Positions 1 to 14,665 of a stretch of 64,000 nt of DNA are shown in pieces. The translations under genes and the position numbers were made by a program. Origin of the DNA: Mizuhopecten yessoensis. Its lineage: Eukaryota. The stretch's first letter is position 1. Every line of letters starts with the position of its first letter. Under the pieces are notes generated by a model that was given only the letters and a program-made list of their open reading frames with translations, did no database searches and had not been told where the DNA came from. The stretch is from NCBI RefSeq assembly GCF_002113885.1, contig NW_018408895.1, forward strand, positions 657,724 to 721,723, given 5' to 3'.

Positions 1-204
1 TATTACAATCTGAATCCCTCACAAATACACACTTAATAATAATAATGGCGAAGGGTCCCGAAACTGAGGTGGATGGATAGAAATACTCGGATAGTTTAAT
101 ACACTGTAGTCGTTTTACTTGTAAGATTTCAATGAAAATTTTATTGAAACTTGACAACTAAATATATCTGATGTGCTAGTATCAGATACAGTTTAATAAC
201 ATTA

Positions 205-495
<291 letters not shown>

Positions 496-3365
496 CTACA
501 ATAAAGGGTACAGTTGTAAAAATAGGCTACATTTTCAAATCCTTATAACCCCTCCTCCTGTATATATACAGTAGTTATGTTACTGTATAGCAGGATATTT
601 CAGTGGGGATGATATTTTCACGATTTCACAGGTCGAAAATGTGATCACGAAAATATGATCCCCTGAATAATATGACAAGCGTAAAAATGAGTCACTTTAA
701 TAAATCTTCACAATCATATATGTCATGAAGTAGCAGACATGTGGTATGTGATCATGATGATTCATATAAAGAGTATGAATCTACTACTAATGATGTTTGA
801 AAATATGTTATATCACAATCTAATAGTTTTATTTATGATTTGTTTAACAAAAATAGTTACTTGCTGTCATCAAGCCAATTCATTTGACTATTTGACACTT
901 TATATGCTAATGTCAAGTTTCTTTGCTTAAATTAAAACACCCCAAAAATTTAGTTCCTTCACATGTCTAGATTGTGAAATTATAATCTGTGCAAATTTAA
1001 TTTTCTAATTTTGGGTCAAAATCGTGAAAATTTCAGCCAGCATAAATAACCTGTTATACAGTATCTCAGTGAAAACAAATCTATCTGTCTTGCCAGTGAA
1101 AAACAATTAATACTCAAAACTGAACTGTCGCTCAAACTTCATGTAACAGTTATAATTATAGAAACATCATGCTCCAATGACAACCTGCCTAGCAGGCGAA
1201 AACATGGCAGCAATGAGGTATAAAAGATACACATTATGGATACCAGGCTTCAGGAAATAATTACTTTATTTTTATATTTATTTCAATTAATACTCAAAAG
1301 TTTACGTCATTTGACTGTGAAATGACAGATCTACAGCATATATTTGATTTCTTGGCATGGTTACGAAATACGACTACACCATGTACCATGTATATAAATG
1401 TGACTGTTGTCTGAAATAGGATCTACCAGTACACATGTGCAGATCTCCATTTGATTTCTACTGACCAGTGTTATATACATGGTATATATTATATTATAAC
1501 CATCAATAGAATATCCGGAATTATTACATGTGGTGTACATACATATTTAATTTGTGTAGTAGTTTTCTGATGCAGTATTCAGGACTCCTAAAATTACTGT
1601 CTTAATATTTGGGTTAGAAATTTGTGACAAATTTAATATAGTAAATTGTACTGATACCTTATAAACTATGTATAGGTATATATATTAAAGCTTCATAAAT
1701 ATTCTTAATTAGATTTTGTTGGGGCTATTGAAAATGTTTGATATTCACTAAGAAAATAGAAATAAGATTTATAGTAGAACTTTTCAAAATCTGCCTGCAT
1801 TCATAAAATCAATACCCTTGTGTGTTGAAAGTAATGAAAATCACTAAAAGTCCAAAACACAAAATATCAAAATATCTTATGATATCAAGTAAAATACTGC
1901 AGAACATACAGAAATATACCATGTAAGTGAACAGTTTTTCAGTTTATTTTTTTAAATTATACATAATGCAAAGCCCTGGCCTATTGCCACCAAAACTGCA
2001 GACTGAAGAATTAGAAGGAGCTTGAGGAAAAGAAGGGTGTCGACTGCAATAGTGTCAAAAATTCAAACTCTCTACAATAAATAATGAACTTGTGTATTTT
2101 ATCTGCTATAGTTTTGTACACTTTGAATTACTCATGACAAATACTAACTTTCACAAGCCACATACAAATGTACCTTATCACGAAACCTCCAAACACAAAT
2201 TGAAATTGAATCTTAATAATTTGCCCTTTTTAATTTACAACTGTTAACATTAAGTTTCTAACTTTATCTTTTAAGTACATTTAAAGATTATGATCTTTAC
2301 AGCATAGACATTGTGCAGCTTACAGTATTTTTACCTTGTTTGTGACTCGTGCTTTTTCTTCAAGATTCACCAACTTTTTTGAGAACCCACTATATTATAT
2401 AATAATATATATAAATTTTAGAAAAAAATGGATTTTGTTATCTATTTCATCTCAAAGCTAAATTGGTGAAATGTTCACGATGCATTGTTACCTTTCAACA
2501 GATATTCTTTCGTCAGAGACTTTTCGGAAAGTTCACGTACATAACAGGTCCAGTACACTCTGCCGATTGAGCTACATAGCTGGAAAGACCTAGATAATAG
2601 CCCCATTGACCTATCTGAAATAGGTCTTTTGAGCTATTTTCAAGTAATTTTCTTTTTTTAAGGAAAACGGAATAAAGTCACATTTAAAAGAAGATTGTAT
2701 CATTAGGTTCATAACAAAAGCATTAAATATAAGTATTCTTTTTAAAAAATAATGATGTAAAGTAATCCGAAACTTTACATTTATGAAAAATGAAAATAAA
2801 CATCTAAATGTATGCTTTTTGTAGTCAACATTACCATTAACCTTATTGTTTTATGCAACTTTGCTTTAATTTAATAAAATTTGAAATCTGAGAAAATATA
2901 GCTCAATACAGCTATAATTTATAGGTGTATATAGAGCTCTATATAGCTCAATCGGCAGAGTGTACTGGACCTGCATAACACTTTGTCTTTCTCTTTACTC
3001 TCCTGTTGCCAATCATTGAAATTCTCTCTTCTGATTGGCTAATTTTTCACCAACCAGATTTTATGTATAATATATGAATAGAATTAAATTTCAGGATATA
3101 AGAGATTCAGATTTAACGGATGTAACATGCAAAAATTATAGAATAATTGTAACCTTTAAAATTGGAGCCATGCAACATAATTTATTAATATTCAATTATT
3201 CATTCTTGCTTTAATTTGGTTTACTCAATTTATTTTTATTTTGTTTTTACTTACAGTTTATAGACAGAAATTCAGTTACCCGATATTTTCAAGAAATTAT
3301 TCCTCTCCAACATTCATATTAACTAAAATATGTCTTGTTTTGCCTAAACTAGGTACTTTTATTAC

Positions 3366-4427
3366 CTTTGTTCTCCCGTTGATGTCAAAGTTTCCCAATT
3401 GTCCAGCACATTGTAAAATCACAGCATCCACAGAGGAAATTAAAAACTGGATATGCTCACACTCTGGTTCGGTTCCATCTACCCAAGTAATTATATCACC
3501 ACGGATTCTTCTGGTAGATTTCGTGGACTGGTCTATTACCTGTCCCCCAGCAAATGTCCCCGATTTGTGCAATGAATTCACATTTTCCAAGATTTCTAGT
3601 CCTTTAGACTCGCCCAGAAAATTGTCTACAACACATATACCATATTTATTGAGACAGTTTACAACATACTGGGCCAGAGCCTTATTCCTGCTCTCTATGA
3701 TAGATATGTAAGTTTGACGGGTATCTACATCCCCTTTGGGATACATAGTACTCTCAGAATGTCCAGACTTTGTCAAACTATAGTCAGGCTTGCACAAGGC
3801 TGAATCGTCTGATTCTAAAATGAACGTCTCGGAACTACCCTCGATGGTGAACACATCGCTATTTGAACTTTCCGAATATGAACCTGAAGGAAGGACTTCA
3901 TCAGACAAGTCCATACTACGGAATGACATACTCTCCACATCCTTGTCGTCTATGTCAGAGCCCTCACGTACACCACTTTGCGCCTCGGGTAGTTCACTGT
4001 CACCGGGCTGCTTACCCTTTTTAGGTCCATGCATTACAGAAGGAATCGGCTGACAGCTCTCGCCGCCTTCAGCATTTTTCGTAAGCATTATTGAATGCAT
4101 CGATGAAGAACATGTTGTATTCGATTCTAAATGTGAAACACTGATATTGTCACGTCCAACAGACTCCATACCAGAGTTGTTGACCTCGCCCACTCGGGTT
4201 TGTAATTCCGCGCTTGTCATGTCGAAGCCGTCATGACTATTTGTCTTGCTGTCGTTGTGTTGTTTTTTCGTGCATGTTTTTTTGTGATATTTCCAATCAT
4301 ATTTTTGATGTTCTCTACTGCAATACCAAGTCTTCTTGCACCTACTGCATAACTGGAGGTCATCGTGAGCCCCACACAACTGGCACACGATGTGTTCGTT
4401 CGAGATGTCACGTACGCCTTCCGCCAT
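3366..4427 (-). CDS. EGLN1: HIF prolyl hydroxylase (EGLN1/PHD2-type), coding exon 1: MYND zinc finger, acidic linker, start of the 2OG-Fe(II) oxygenase domain
   Basis: The ORF has a MYND pattern (CQLC...CSRCKKTWYCSREHQKYDWKYHKKTC) and PHD-type segments (YGICVVDNFLG, IRGDIITWVDGTEPEC, INGRTK). A GTAAT donor follows GRTK (GT at 3365-3364), the same junction as in vertebrate EGLN1. Confidence 0.95.
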
Positions 4428-5198
4428 CTTATATTTTCTCGGTTCGGGGAGCGATTATTAATTCTTTAATATCATGATTTCGTTCCGTGTTTGCTTAATC
4501 GATGTCCTGTTAATCGATAATTTGATACAAATTGTCGGTGGAATAAATCACTTAATTTGTTATAGCTGTCAGTTCCGTTATATAGCGAAACTACACATAT
4601 CAAAGGGAGTCGTCATTATTTGTCTTAGGCTCAACGACACCACGTGGCGCTCACAGAATATTATATTCTATTATTTATGTATGCATTCTACAGCTAGGCC
4701 TAATTCTGTTTGTAAGAAAAGCCTTCGATGACCAATATCTAAGGAAGATATAGCCGTTAGTAGTTGATTGCATACAGTTCATCCCGGCTCTAAATCTTCA
4801 AAATACCTGCAAAGGGGTCTTGATTTCTCCTTAAAGTGAAAATGGCGTCAAATTTAAATGTCCTCCATCAGTCTCCATACAAGCAGAATATAGCGTAACG
4901 CGGCAACTGGGTGGGGAAAAAAGAATTAGAGATTCTGACGTCAAAATGAGATCGCCGGCCTGTTATCAGATTCCGTTATTAAATGACACCGCCGATTAAC
5001 TTGATCATTAATGTATCATGACTAAATATATTAATTACCGCGGATGATCAACAGACTTTGACGCGAGCTAGTCAAGTCTATAAGATTAACTTGAATAAGT
5101 AGACCTAAGTTAATAAACGACTGCGGTTGAAAAATAACTTGATATGCACGATTTATCATACTAATGATCCGAAGTTCCCTGACAATCACAACATTTTC

Positions 5199-5267
5199 CA
5201 TCCTCGATATCCAGGGGTTACGCTCACTTTCGCTCTCAGTGAACGTAACCCCTGGATATTGAGGATG
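5199..5267. repeat. Inverted repeat: 30-bp arms with a 9-nt loop
   Basis: CATCCTCGATATCCAGGGGTTACGCTCACT (5199-5228) pairs with AGTGAACGTAACCCCTGGATATTGAGGATG (5238-5267), with two mismatches. Confidence 0.85.
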
Positions 5268-5719
5268 AACATTTTCGGAATCATGCATAATTCGTCCGAC
5301 CATTTTACAATTTCCATGAACTGATTAAGCCAAAATCTAATGAGAAAAATCAGTGCATTTGTTATTTTTGGATCCGATGAAATCTAATACATGGTCGCAA
5401 TGACAGCGATTTCGAAAATCTAATTTGACTTTAAACTCGCATTCCATTGATTTTGCTGATGGATCGGTGTAGATCCAATCTTGCTTAAAGGAAGTATGCC
5501 CCTTTAATGCTTCAGTAGACAAATGGCGAATTAGCTTGATATTTTGGCAGAAACTTAATTCTAACGTTGGGTTATCATGAAATGGTGCTGCGTTTGATAA
5601 ATCAATTAGTTCCTGAGTAGAAAATGAGGTGATAAATTTGAAAAAGGCAACATTTGATATTTTAGATGAATATTGTGGTGAATTTTGGGGAGAGTTATCT
5701 CCCTTAGACCGATAACCGN

Positions 5720-6862
5720 AAACACCAATAGGAAAATTAATATTATAAAGTCCCTTCTTATATCACAGTTTAATCATCTTTTTATTTCTTTACCAAATCC
5801 AGAAGAATGCTTTATTAAAAAACTGAATACTGAACTTTATAATTTTTTATGGAACAGCAAATCAGATAAAATAAAAAGAGACATTTTAATTAAGAATTAT
5901 CTGGAAGGGTGACTTAAAATGCTACATTTACAATCATTTATAGAATCTTTAAAATTAACCTGGATTAGGAGACTATATACAACAGAAGAAAAGTGGCATA
6001 TTTCTTTTTAAGTTATATGGAAATAGAAATATTATAGCTAATCGGGTACTGATTATATGCTAAAATGCCAGAAGAGTTGTAAAAATTAATTTTGGAAAGA
6101 TGTGCTATTAAGTTGGTGCAAGCTAGCTGAAAAACTTGTAAACTTTGGAAACAAAAAGGTAAATATTCTCAAATCACCCATTTGGTATAATAAATCAATA
6201 AAAATACAAAACAAGAGTATATTTTATAGGGAATGGTATAGGAAAGGGGTAACAATAGTTTATGACTTAATTAAAGAAAGAAGAAATAAATTGTTTTACA
6301 GCCATCAAGAGTTTTCAGAGAAATTTGATATTCATACAAATTTTCTCACTTATCAAGGTGTCATTAATTCCATAAAGAAATCCATTTCACATGAGGATGT
6401 TTCTAATTTGAATGTAGATTATCCATATATCCCAATTAATTTGGAAATTTTTCTTAAACACAAAAAAGGAACTAAAGACTTTTACCATGTTCTATGCCAA
6501 AATAATACAATATCTACCGGTAGAAAGAAGTGGGAGGAAATATTTGAATTTAACACAGAGATATGGAAGAAAATCTATACCATTCCCTTCAAAATTAGTA
6601 AAAACACAAAACTACAGTGGCTTCAATTTAGAATCAATCAACAGATTTTAACTACTAATTCATATCTTTATAAAATAGGTCTTGTTAATAGTCCATATTG
6701 TTTTCATTGTAAAACTGACACAGAAACTATAGTTCATGCATTATGGGAATGTAAAGAAGTACAAGTGTTTTTAACAGATTTTGAATCATTGCTAGATGTG
6801 TTATTAATTCCATTTGCTTTTAATAAAGAATCTTTTATCTTTGGTTTCTATGATAGAAAAAA
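5720..6862 (+). mobile_element. Tx1/L1-clade LINE ORF2 C-terminal fragment, degraded
   Basis: TPIGKINIIKSLLISQFNHL, FLWNSKSDKIKR and a C-terminal CCHC motif (CFHCKTDTETIVHALWEC); contains stops and frameshifts. Confidence 0.85.
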
Positions 6863-8289
6863 NATGTGACATCTCGGCGCGGTCTCTTTTTACATCCTGA
6901 CAATCAAACTGATAACACGTGAGGGATTTTCCTCCGCATAGTCTTATAGATTTTGGGACCTGAGAGCAGTTCCCAACTACATGTTGTGACGGTGTGCAAT
7001 AGCACACACCGAATTCAGGACAATATAGAACAAAAACCTGCAGCTGAAATTTCAATTGTTATGTAACCTCAATTGTAAAAGTGGGCCACTGTTGCCCAGT
7101 TCGAAATGACCAAACTCCTTTCCTTATTAAGTGGGTAAGATGCATTGCACAAGGCGCTCTACTTTGTGCCTTTTTATTTTTCATTATTTCAAATGATGTC
7201 CGAAACTTTACCAATCGAATTGTTGAAACGGTGTTTTTTTCTATAATCATCCAAAGTTAATTGATAGCTCAATCCTTTGTCAGCTTGGCCCCTCATTAAT
7301 CTATAAACGGATTAATTGATCCAAATAAGAACCCCCATTTTATAAGCAAACTCGTGCGATATGAACCATCCAAGTATGGAATTGGACAACCCTTCTTTAA
7401 TGGATATGACCGTTGTACAATCCCCACCAATTCTTGCTATTTTGGAGCCGATTGGAAATCTAACATGGCAGCCATATTGAAAATCTTTTTTTCTTAACTT
7501 AACGTCAAATTCTACCGAACCGGGTTTGATGAAACGATGGTGATGTGACCTTATCGTACTATTTTGGAGCTGATTTGAATCGAGCATAGCCACTAGAGAC
7601 GCCATTTTGAAAATTTACTCTACGTTGAACTTGGCTTTAATTATATTGAACTGATTTGGATAAATGTCTTATGTAAATTATTAGTGTATGGTACAGCCTA
7701 ATTATTTTCGGGTCGATTTAAAACCTAATATAGGAGACATTACGACCATTTTAAATGACATTTTTAATTAATTCAAGATTAAACTTAACCAGTTTTGTTG
7801 AAACTTTGCTTTCCTTTTGAAAGAAAATCGATGAAGACCCCTTCCCATACCCTCCCCATCCTCGCGCGATGGCGATGCAACCGGTATCGAAGACAGACAT
7901 CGCTACTGANCCGTTGAAAAAATTCAAAAAAAAAAAATATATAAAAAAAAAAAAAAAAGATTTCCTAAGCAAAAGAAGAAGTTTCTATAGGTGGTTATAA
8001 AATTAATTACGCGACAATTTATAATGACTTCGGAAGATCAACGACACGTACAACAGAACACATATAGCTAGTACTGGTAAAAAAGTACTGAAACAACTGT
8101 CGAAAGTTCTTTTGAGAAGACTTATTACTGAACACCTATTGCTTGGTCCGTCGCTTGACGTACGCACCTGTCGTCTGTCGTCATTTACCTTTGCTTTAAA
8201 AGACATCACCTCCTAAAATATTGGGCATATTTGAACCAAATTGTAGTGGTAGCATGCTCACTGTATCCGAAACGTTATCCATGCTTTTA

Positions 8290-10200
8290 AGTCACAAGAA
8301 TCGATGTTTGTTTTACATAAGAATAATAATAGCCATTTACGAGTGTTCCGTTCGCTCCATGGATGCTTCCTGCATATCTATTTAAGCAATGTCTTGAAGC
8401 ACTGCTTCCTTTGATTACCTTAGTCATGAACAAATCATTGGCTGAATCAAAGGTTTTATTGTGTTTCAAGAAGGCACATGTCAGACCATTGTTAAAGAAG
8501 CCTNTGGTTACGTTTAATTTCACGTCGACTGACGTTTCATACTAAAAAGTTGGTCGTGTATTTGAGTTATCTTTTGTTAAACATTTACCATTCTAAACAA
8601 TGTAAATAAAATCGCAGGCTGACCAAATCCATGTAGGCCACATGCAGGTAAAATCTGAAATCTACATTTTTTAGTTACTGTTTTAGCTGTGTGCTGCCGA
8701 CTTGCGTTATCATACTTTTTACAAAACTGTTGATTTCGGTACATTATAGGGTTGGTTATATTACGAACTTAAATGCGTTTTCANAAAGGAGGAGTTGGAG
8801 AACTACCACCCAGTATCAAATCTGCATTTCCTGTCTGAGATCTTGGAGAAGGTTGTGTCCCGGCGTTCAGAGGTTAATCTCCATGCACACAGTCTCCATG
8901 ACAACATGCAATCGACCTACCGCATGGGACACTCTACTGAGACGGCCCTCCTACGTGTACAAAATGACATAGCTTCTGCATTGGATAATAAATCCAGAGC
9001 GGTGCTTGTCATGCTGGACTTGTCAGCTGCATTTGACGTCATCGACCATGGCATACTTTATAAACGTCTGGAGTACTTTTATGGAGTGACTGATACCGCA
9101 CTATGCTGGATACAGTTTTATCTGAGTGAACGACGACAGTGTGTTGCCATTGGATCTACCATCTCACATGACAAAGTACTAGATTTCGGGGTTCCTCAAG
9201 GGTCGGTGTTAGGACCACGACAATATTGCATGTATTCCGAACCGATCGAAGAGATTAGTCGTCGCCATAGCATTCGCTATCATTGTTATGCTTACGACAC
9301 ACACATTTACATGGTCATCAAACTACAGGACATTGGGGATACAATTTCAGAAAATCTGGAAGCTTGAACGCCAACATGCTGAAGTTTAATTAGAAAAAAG
9401 AGGGAACTAATCGTCTTTTCCCTATTGTCAACAAACAATTGCTCTCCAGCTCAAGGTTGGTGCCAGAACAATTAAGTCTATCACAGCTGATAAAAACCTA
9501 GGGGTATACTTTGATAGTTCACTGAACATGGAGAAACAAGTGAACGCTATTGCCAAATCCTGCTACTACCAGATCAGAAACATCGGCTGCATTCGGCCGT
9601 TTATAACTGCAGATGCATACAATATTTTGGTGCATTCACTTGTTACCTCTCGGTTGGATTATGGTAATGCCCTGCTTTGTGGTATATCTGGCAAACTAAC
9701 TAGTCGTCTGCAGAAGGTCCAGAACACTGTAGCTTGTCTGATTACTCATACTCGAAAGTGAGAGCACATCACACATGTGCTTTATTCATTGCACTGTTTA
9801 CCTGTACGATACAGGGCACAGTACAAAGTTTTGGTGTACACATACAATAAAAGTAAGGCACTGAATGGAACAGCTCCTTAGTACCTACAGGAGCTTGTTA
9901 ACCTGCATTAGCCGCCACGATCACTGCGGTCGGAGTCAGAATCATTGTTTGCCCCAAAACCGTACTGTGACATATGGAAACCGGTGCTTTTGGAGGGTTT
10001 CGGCCACATTGTGGAAAAGCTTACCATATGCTATTAGAAAGTCAAATACCCTGAACAAATTCAAGAAGGACATAAAAACTCCCCTCTTCACGCCTGCATA
10101 TTAGGCTCTTTTTCCACCGACGTCATATGCATACCACTCTTTATTTATTAATTTATGTCTACGCTGAGATGATTATCTCCTTGCTTAATGTATAATGGTG
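8290..10200 (+). mobile_element. L2/Crack-type non-LTR retrotransposon RT remnant; its 3' end resumes at about 15020-15131 with an (ATT)n tail
   Basis: NYHPVSNLHFLSEILEKVV, HSTETALLRVQNDI, LDLSAAFD, GVPQGSVLGP, a degenerate YADD (YAYD) and SRLDYGNALL. Interrupted between single-n junctions at about 8504-8785. Confidence 0.85.
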
Positions 10201-10409
10201 ATTATTAGCCTTTTTATACGACCGTCAACTTTGACGGTAGTATTATGGTATGGCGTTGGCCGTCCCTCCGTCCGTCCGTCCGGCGTAAACTTTGTTTGTC
10301 CGGCAATCTCCTCCTACATTTTTCGACCGATCTATTTGAAACTTGGTATACATTATAATCATGATATGAAGTCGTGTTCCCCTTAAAAGAAATTTGATTC
10401 GACAATTTT

Positions 10410-13400
10410 AGGGTTATTAACTTCCGGTTGATGTCAATGGCCGATCTATGAAAAGCTCCGGGATTCTTCAACACTTATTCGATGTATCCTACGCTAAAAA
10501 ACGTTTAAAAGAACTGTTTTTCAGATATAACATCACTAGCGGTCGGTATGGGAGTGTTCATGCTATACTGCTCGGTATTTATGTGAAATAGAGGAGTCAA
10601 GACTGAGGTGTGTTAGCCAAACGTGAGCGATTTCAAATATGGCGGCGGGAAACTAAAGAAGACACGATCCGAGTTTGTGTTTGATGGAACAACTTTTTTG
10701 CATTAATCATTTATACATGCAACTACAGCTATACAATATTACTAAACTAAATGGACTGAAATATAAACTTACGGTGTGTGTACCAGGTAGAACCATACAA
10801 CTTACTATACAAGGGGAGATAACCCAGGTTCTAAACATGGCTACTGCTGGTGTTCCAAGAAAAAGTAGACAAGCCAGTCAAAANNNNNNNNNNNNNNNNN
10901 NNNNNNNNNNNNNNNNNNNNNNNNNNNNNNNNNNNNNNNNNNNNNNNNNNNNNNNNNNNNNNNNNNNNNNNNNNNNNNNNNNNNNNNNNNNNNNNNNNNN
11001 NNNNNNNNNNNNNNNNNNNNNNNNNNNNNNNNNNNNNNNNNNNNNNNNNNNNNNNNNNNNNNNNNNNNNNNNNNNNNNNNNNNNNNNNNNNNNNNNNNNN
11101 NNNNNNNNNNNNNNNNNNNNNNNNNNNNNNNNNNNNNNNNNNNNNNNNNNNNNNNNNNNNNNNNNNNNNNNNNNNNNNNNNNNNNNNNNNNNNNNNNNNN
11201 NNNNNNNNNNNNNNNNNNNNNNNNNNNNNNNNNNNNNNNNNNNNNNNNNNNNNNNNNNNNNNNNNNNNNNNNNNNNNNNNNNNNNNNNNNNNNNNNNNNN
11301 NNNNNNNNNNNNNNNNNNNNNNNNNNNNNNNNNNNNNNNNNNNNNNNNNNNNNNNNNNNNNNNNNNNNNNNNNNNNNNNNNNNNNNNNNNNNNNNNNNNN
11401 NNNNNNNNNNNNNNNNNNNNNNNNNNNNNNNNNNNNNNNNNNNNNNNNNNNNNNNNNNNNNNNNNNNNNNNNNNNNNNNNNNNNNNNNNNNNNNNNNNNN
11501 NNNNNNNNNNNNNNNNNNNNNNNNNNNNNNNNNNNNNNNNNNNNNNNNNNNNNNNNNNNNNNNNNNNNNNNNNNNNNNNNNNNNNNNNNNNNNNNNNNNN
11601 NNNNNNNNNNNNNNNNNNNNNNNNNNNNNNNNNNNNNNNNNNNNNNNNNNNNNNNNNNNNNNNNNNNNNNNNNNNNNNNNNNNNNNNNNNNNNNNNNNNN
11701 NNNNNNNNNNNNNNCACCCCACCCCACCCCTGGGTCAGAAGTGTAGCAAAAATAAAAGTCGACAGGTAAAAAAGAAGCCGACAAATGTAAATAGTGTACA
11801 TGGACAGACGTTTACAGAGAACATTACGTTCTTTTACACAAATGCTGACCAATTCAGGACTAAGTTAAGCGAATTTGAGGCCAGAACAAGAGACACCAAA
11901 CCCTTGATAATTGGAATATCCGAGGTAAAACCAAAAAAACCAAAGGGTAATTTGAATCAAGCAGAATTTAGTTTGGACTGACACAAGACTACACCATATT
12001 CACCAAAAATATTGATAATAACATAGGAAGAGGGATGATTCTGTATGCACACAGCAGCCTAAATGCGAGAGAAGTGGAAATGAGGACAACATGCGAGGAG
12101 AGCATATTAGTAAAAGTGAAACTGAAAGGGAACGATGAACTGGGAGACTTTAAATACAAAAAGTGATAACCAGCAAGCAGGGGACTACAAGCTGCGTGAG
12201 TGCATACAGGACACAGCAAGCAGGGGACTACAAGCTGCGTGAGTGCATACAGGACAACTACTTATTCCAGGCAACTACAAAACCTACGAGATGGAGAGGG
12301 ACAGACAACCCAAACATACTAGATCTGCTACTGACCAACAATGATAATTATATCAGTGACATAGAATACCAGAGCCCACTAGGTAAAAGTGACCACTGCG
12401 TCATTACCTTTAACTTTGTGTGCCAGGCAAACCTACAGACCACTCAAAAGAAGCGGTTTTGCTATAGGAAAGCAAACTTTAAGGCTATAATGAATGAACT
12501 AGATGGAACTGATTGGGAAAGTGACTTAAATCCGGCTAATGACATAAACACTAACTGAGACAAACTACACAACCATCTCCTTGAACTTGAAAATAAACAT
12601 GTGCCAATTTTTTCCATGAAAGGGACAAACAAACGGAAGAGGGAAATTCCACTAGATAAGGAAATAGTCATGGAGACCAGAAGGAAAAATGCATTAGCCA
12701 GGAAGTTTCTGAGAACCAAATCAGAAGAAGTGAGGAAAGAATACTACAAAGTGAGGAATAAAGTAAGTAAATCTACCAAGAAAGCAAGGAAACAATTCGA
12801 AAAGAACTTATGGAGAGAATCAAAGAGGAACCCTAAGAAAGTATGGCAATACATCAACGCAAAGAGTAAGACCAGACAGGGAATAGGGGACTTGTGTGTG
12901 GACCCATCCAACGATAAATCAGAGAAAACATCATGTGACAGAAAGAAAGCGGACATTCTATGTAAATATTTTGGAACTATGTTTACAAAGGAACCGGATA
13001 ACCATAACATACCAACATTTAAAAAGAGAACGATAATACATGACTAGGAAAAAAACGAAATAACATTAGTGGCGGTAGAAAAGGTCTTTAAAAAACTGGA
13101 AGTGGACAAATCACCGGGACTAGATAACCTACACCCAAAATTCCTCCAACAGTTGGCAGTTAATTTGGCTAAACCAATCTCCCTGATATATAAGCAATCA
13201 GTGAATTCGTAAGCGCCATATTCAAGAAAGGCAACAAAACACTAGCCGGGAACTACAGACCAGTGAGCTTAACATCAATAGTCGGTAAAACTATGGAAAG
13301 ATTGGTAAGAGACCTCATCATAAAACATATGACATTAAAGAAGCTATTCACCACAAGGCAATACGGGTTCATGGCAGGAAGATCAACCTCTCTTCAACTT

Positions 13401-14665
13401 ATTAAAGTTCTAGACGAATGGACGGAAGCGATCGATCAAGGAGCGGAGGTCGACTGTGTTTACATGGACTATCAGAAGGCATTCGACACAGTGCCTCACA
13501 AAAGGCTAATCAACAAACTAAAAGCATATGGCATTGGGGATGAAATGTTATTGTGGATCAGAATTTTTTTAACAGGGAGAACACAACATGTGACTGTAAA
13601 CGGGAATGCTTCAGAATGGGGTGAGGTAACGTCCGGAATCCCTCAGGGATCAGTGATCGGCCCGCTACTTTTCGTTATATTTATAAACGACCTACCAGAT
13701 CTGGTCTCCTCTACAGTATACTTGTTTGCGGATGACACCAAAATGTTTAAAATTATCACCAGAGAGGAAGACAGAACAACACTACAGGAGGACCTGCAAA
13801 ACTGTGAGGAATGGAGCAAAAAGCGGCTACTTCGTTTTCATCAACAAAAGTGTGAACACATGCACATCGGAAATAGGGAAGATGCACACCGTTACAAACT
13901 AGGAAACAACATATTAGGAAAAAGAGAAAAAAATGAGGAAAAAGACATTGGAGTAATCGTGGACAGAGAATTGAACTCTGAGAAGCATATTGCAGAGAAA
14001 GTGAAAAAAGCAAACTCAATGTTTGGCATTATAAGGAGAATGTTTAGACACCTGGACCCATAAACGTTTGTACCACTATATAAATTCCTCGTAAGAACAC
14101 ACCTAGACTATGCCAGCTTAGTGTGGGCACCGTACAAAATAAAACATGTGGAGTTAATTGAGGGAGTACAGAGGAGAGCTACAAAGCAATTACCAGGAAT
14201 GTAAAATCTAGCATACCCTGAAAGAATAAAGAAATTAAAGCTACCAACTCTAAGCTACAGAAGGATCCGAGGCGATATGATAGAACTATACAAGATGACC
14301 AGTGGGAAATATGACAGTGTAGCTTGTTCGGACCTAAAATTCTGGAAAGACATTTCGGCAAGAGAAACGAAAAGAGGAAATTCACAAAAACTTTATCCAC
14401 AAAGATCCAAATATGACTTATGGAAAAACTCTTTCACAGTACGCTCAGTAAGACTATGGAATAGCCAACCAGTGCTGTGCGGAAAATATGAACCTATTCA
14501 AAAATCGCTTTGACAGACATATGGAGGGTCAAGACATTATATACGAGGATTTTAAGGCCAAAATTGACATCACCGGAAGGCGCGTAAAATCCGAAGAGTC
14601 TGACGTAGAGGATCCTTCGGGGGCCTGAGTCAGAAAACAACGATAAGAACGATAAGAACGATACG
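10410..14665 (+). mobile_element. CR1-clade LINE, near full length but disrupted (ORF1 region mostly in the N gap; ORF2 has APE endonuclease and RT)
   Basis: Endonuclease motifs (YTNADQ, LDLLLTN, LGKSDH) and RT motifs (DYQKAFD, GIPQGSVIGP, FADDTK). 3' (GATAAGAAC)n tail; candidate TSD AATTTT at 10404-10409 and 14666-14671. Confidence 0.88.
10884..11714. other. Assembly gap (N run); further gaps at 31522-31561 and 44544-44760, plus several single-n junctions
   Basis: Runs of n in the sequence. Confidence 0.99.

Noticed and set aside
3297-3365. ORF-track C-terminal extension of EGLN1 exon 1 (and 202-375 for exon 2)
   Set aside because: Read-through into introns past canonical GT donors.
10675-11852. 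Long ORFs across the N gaps (also 44431-45030)
   Set aside because: Artifacts of translating N runs.
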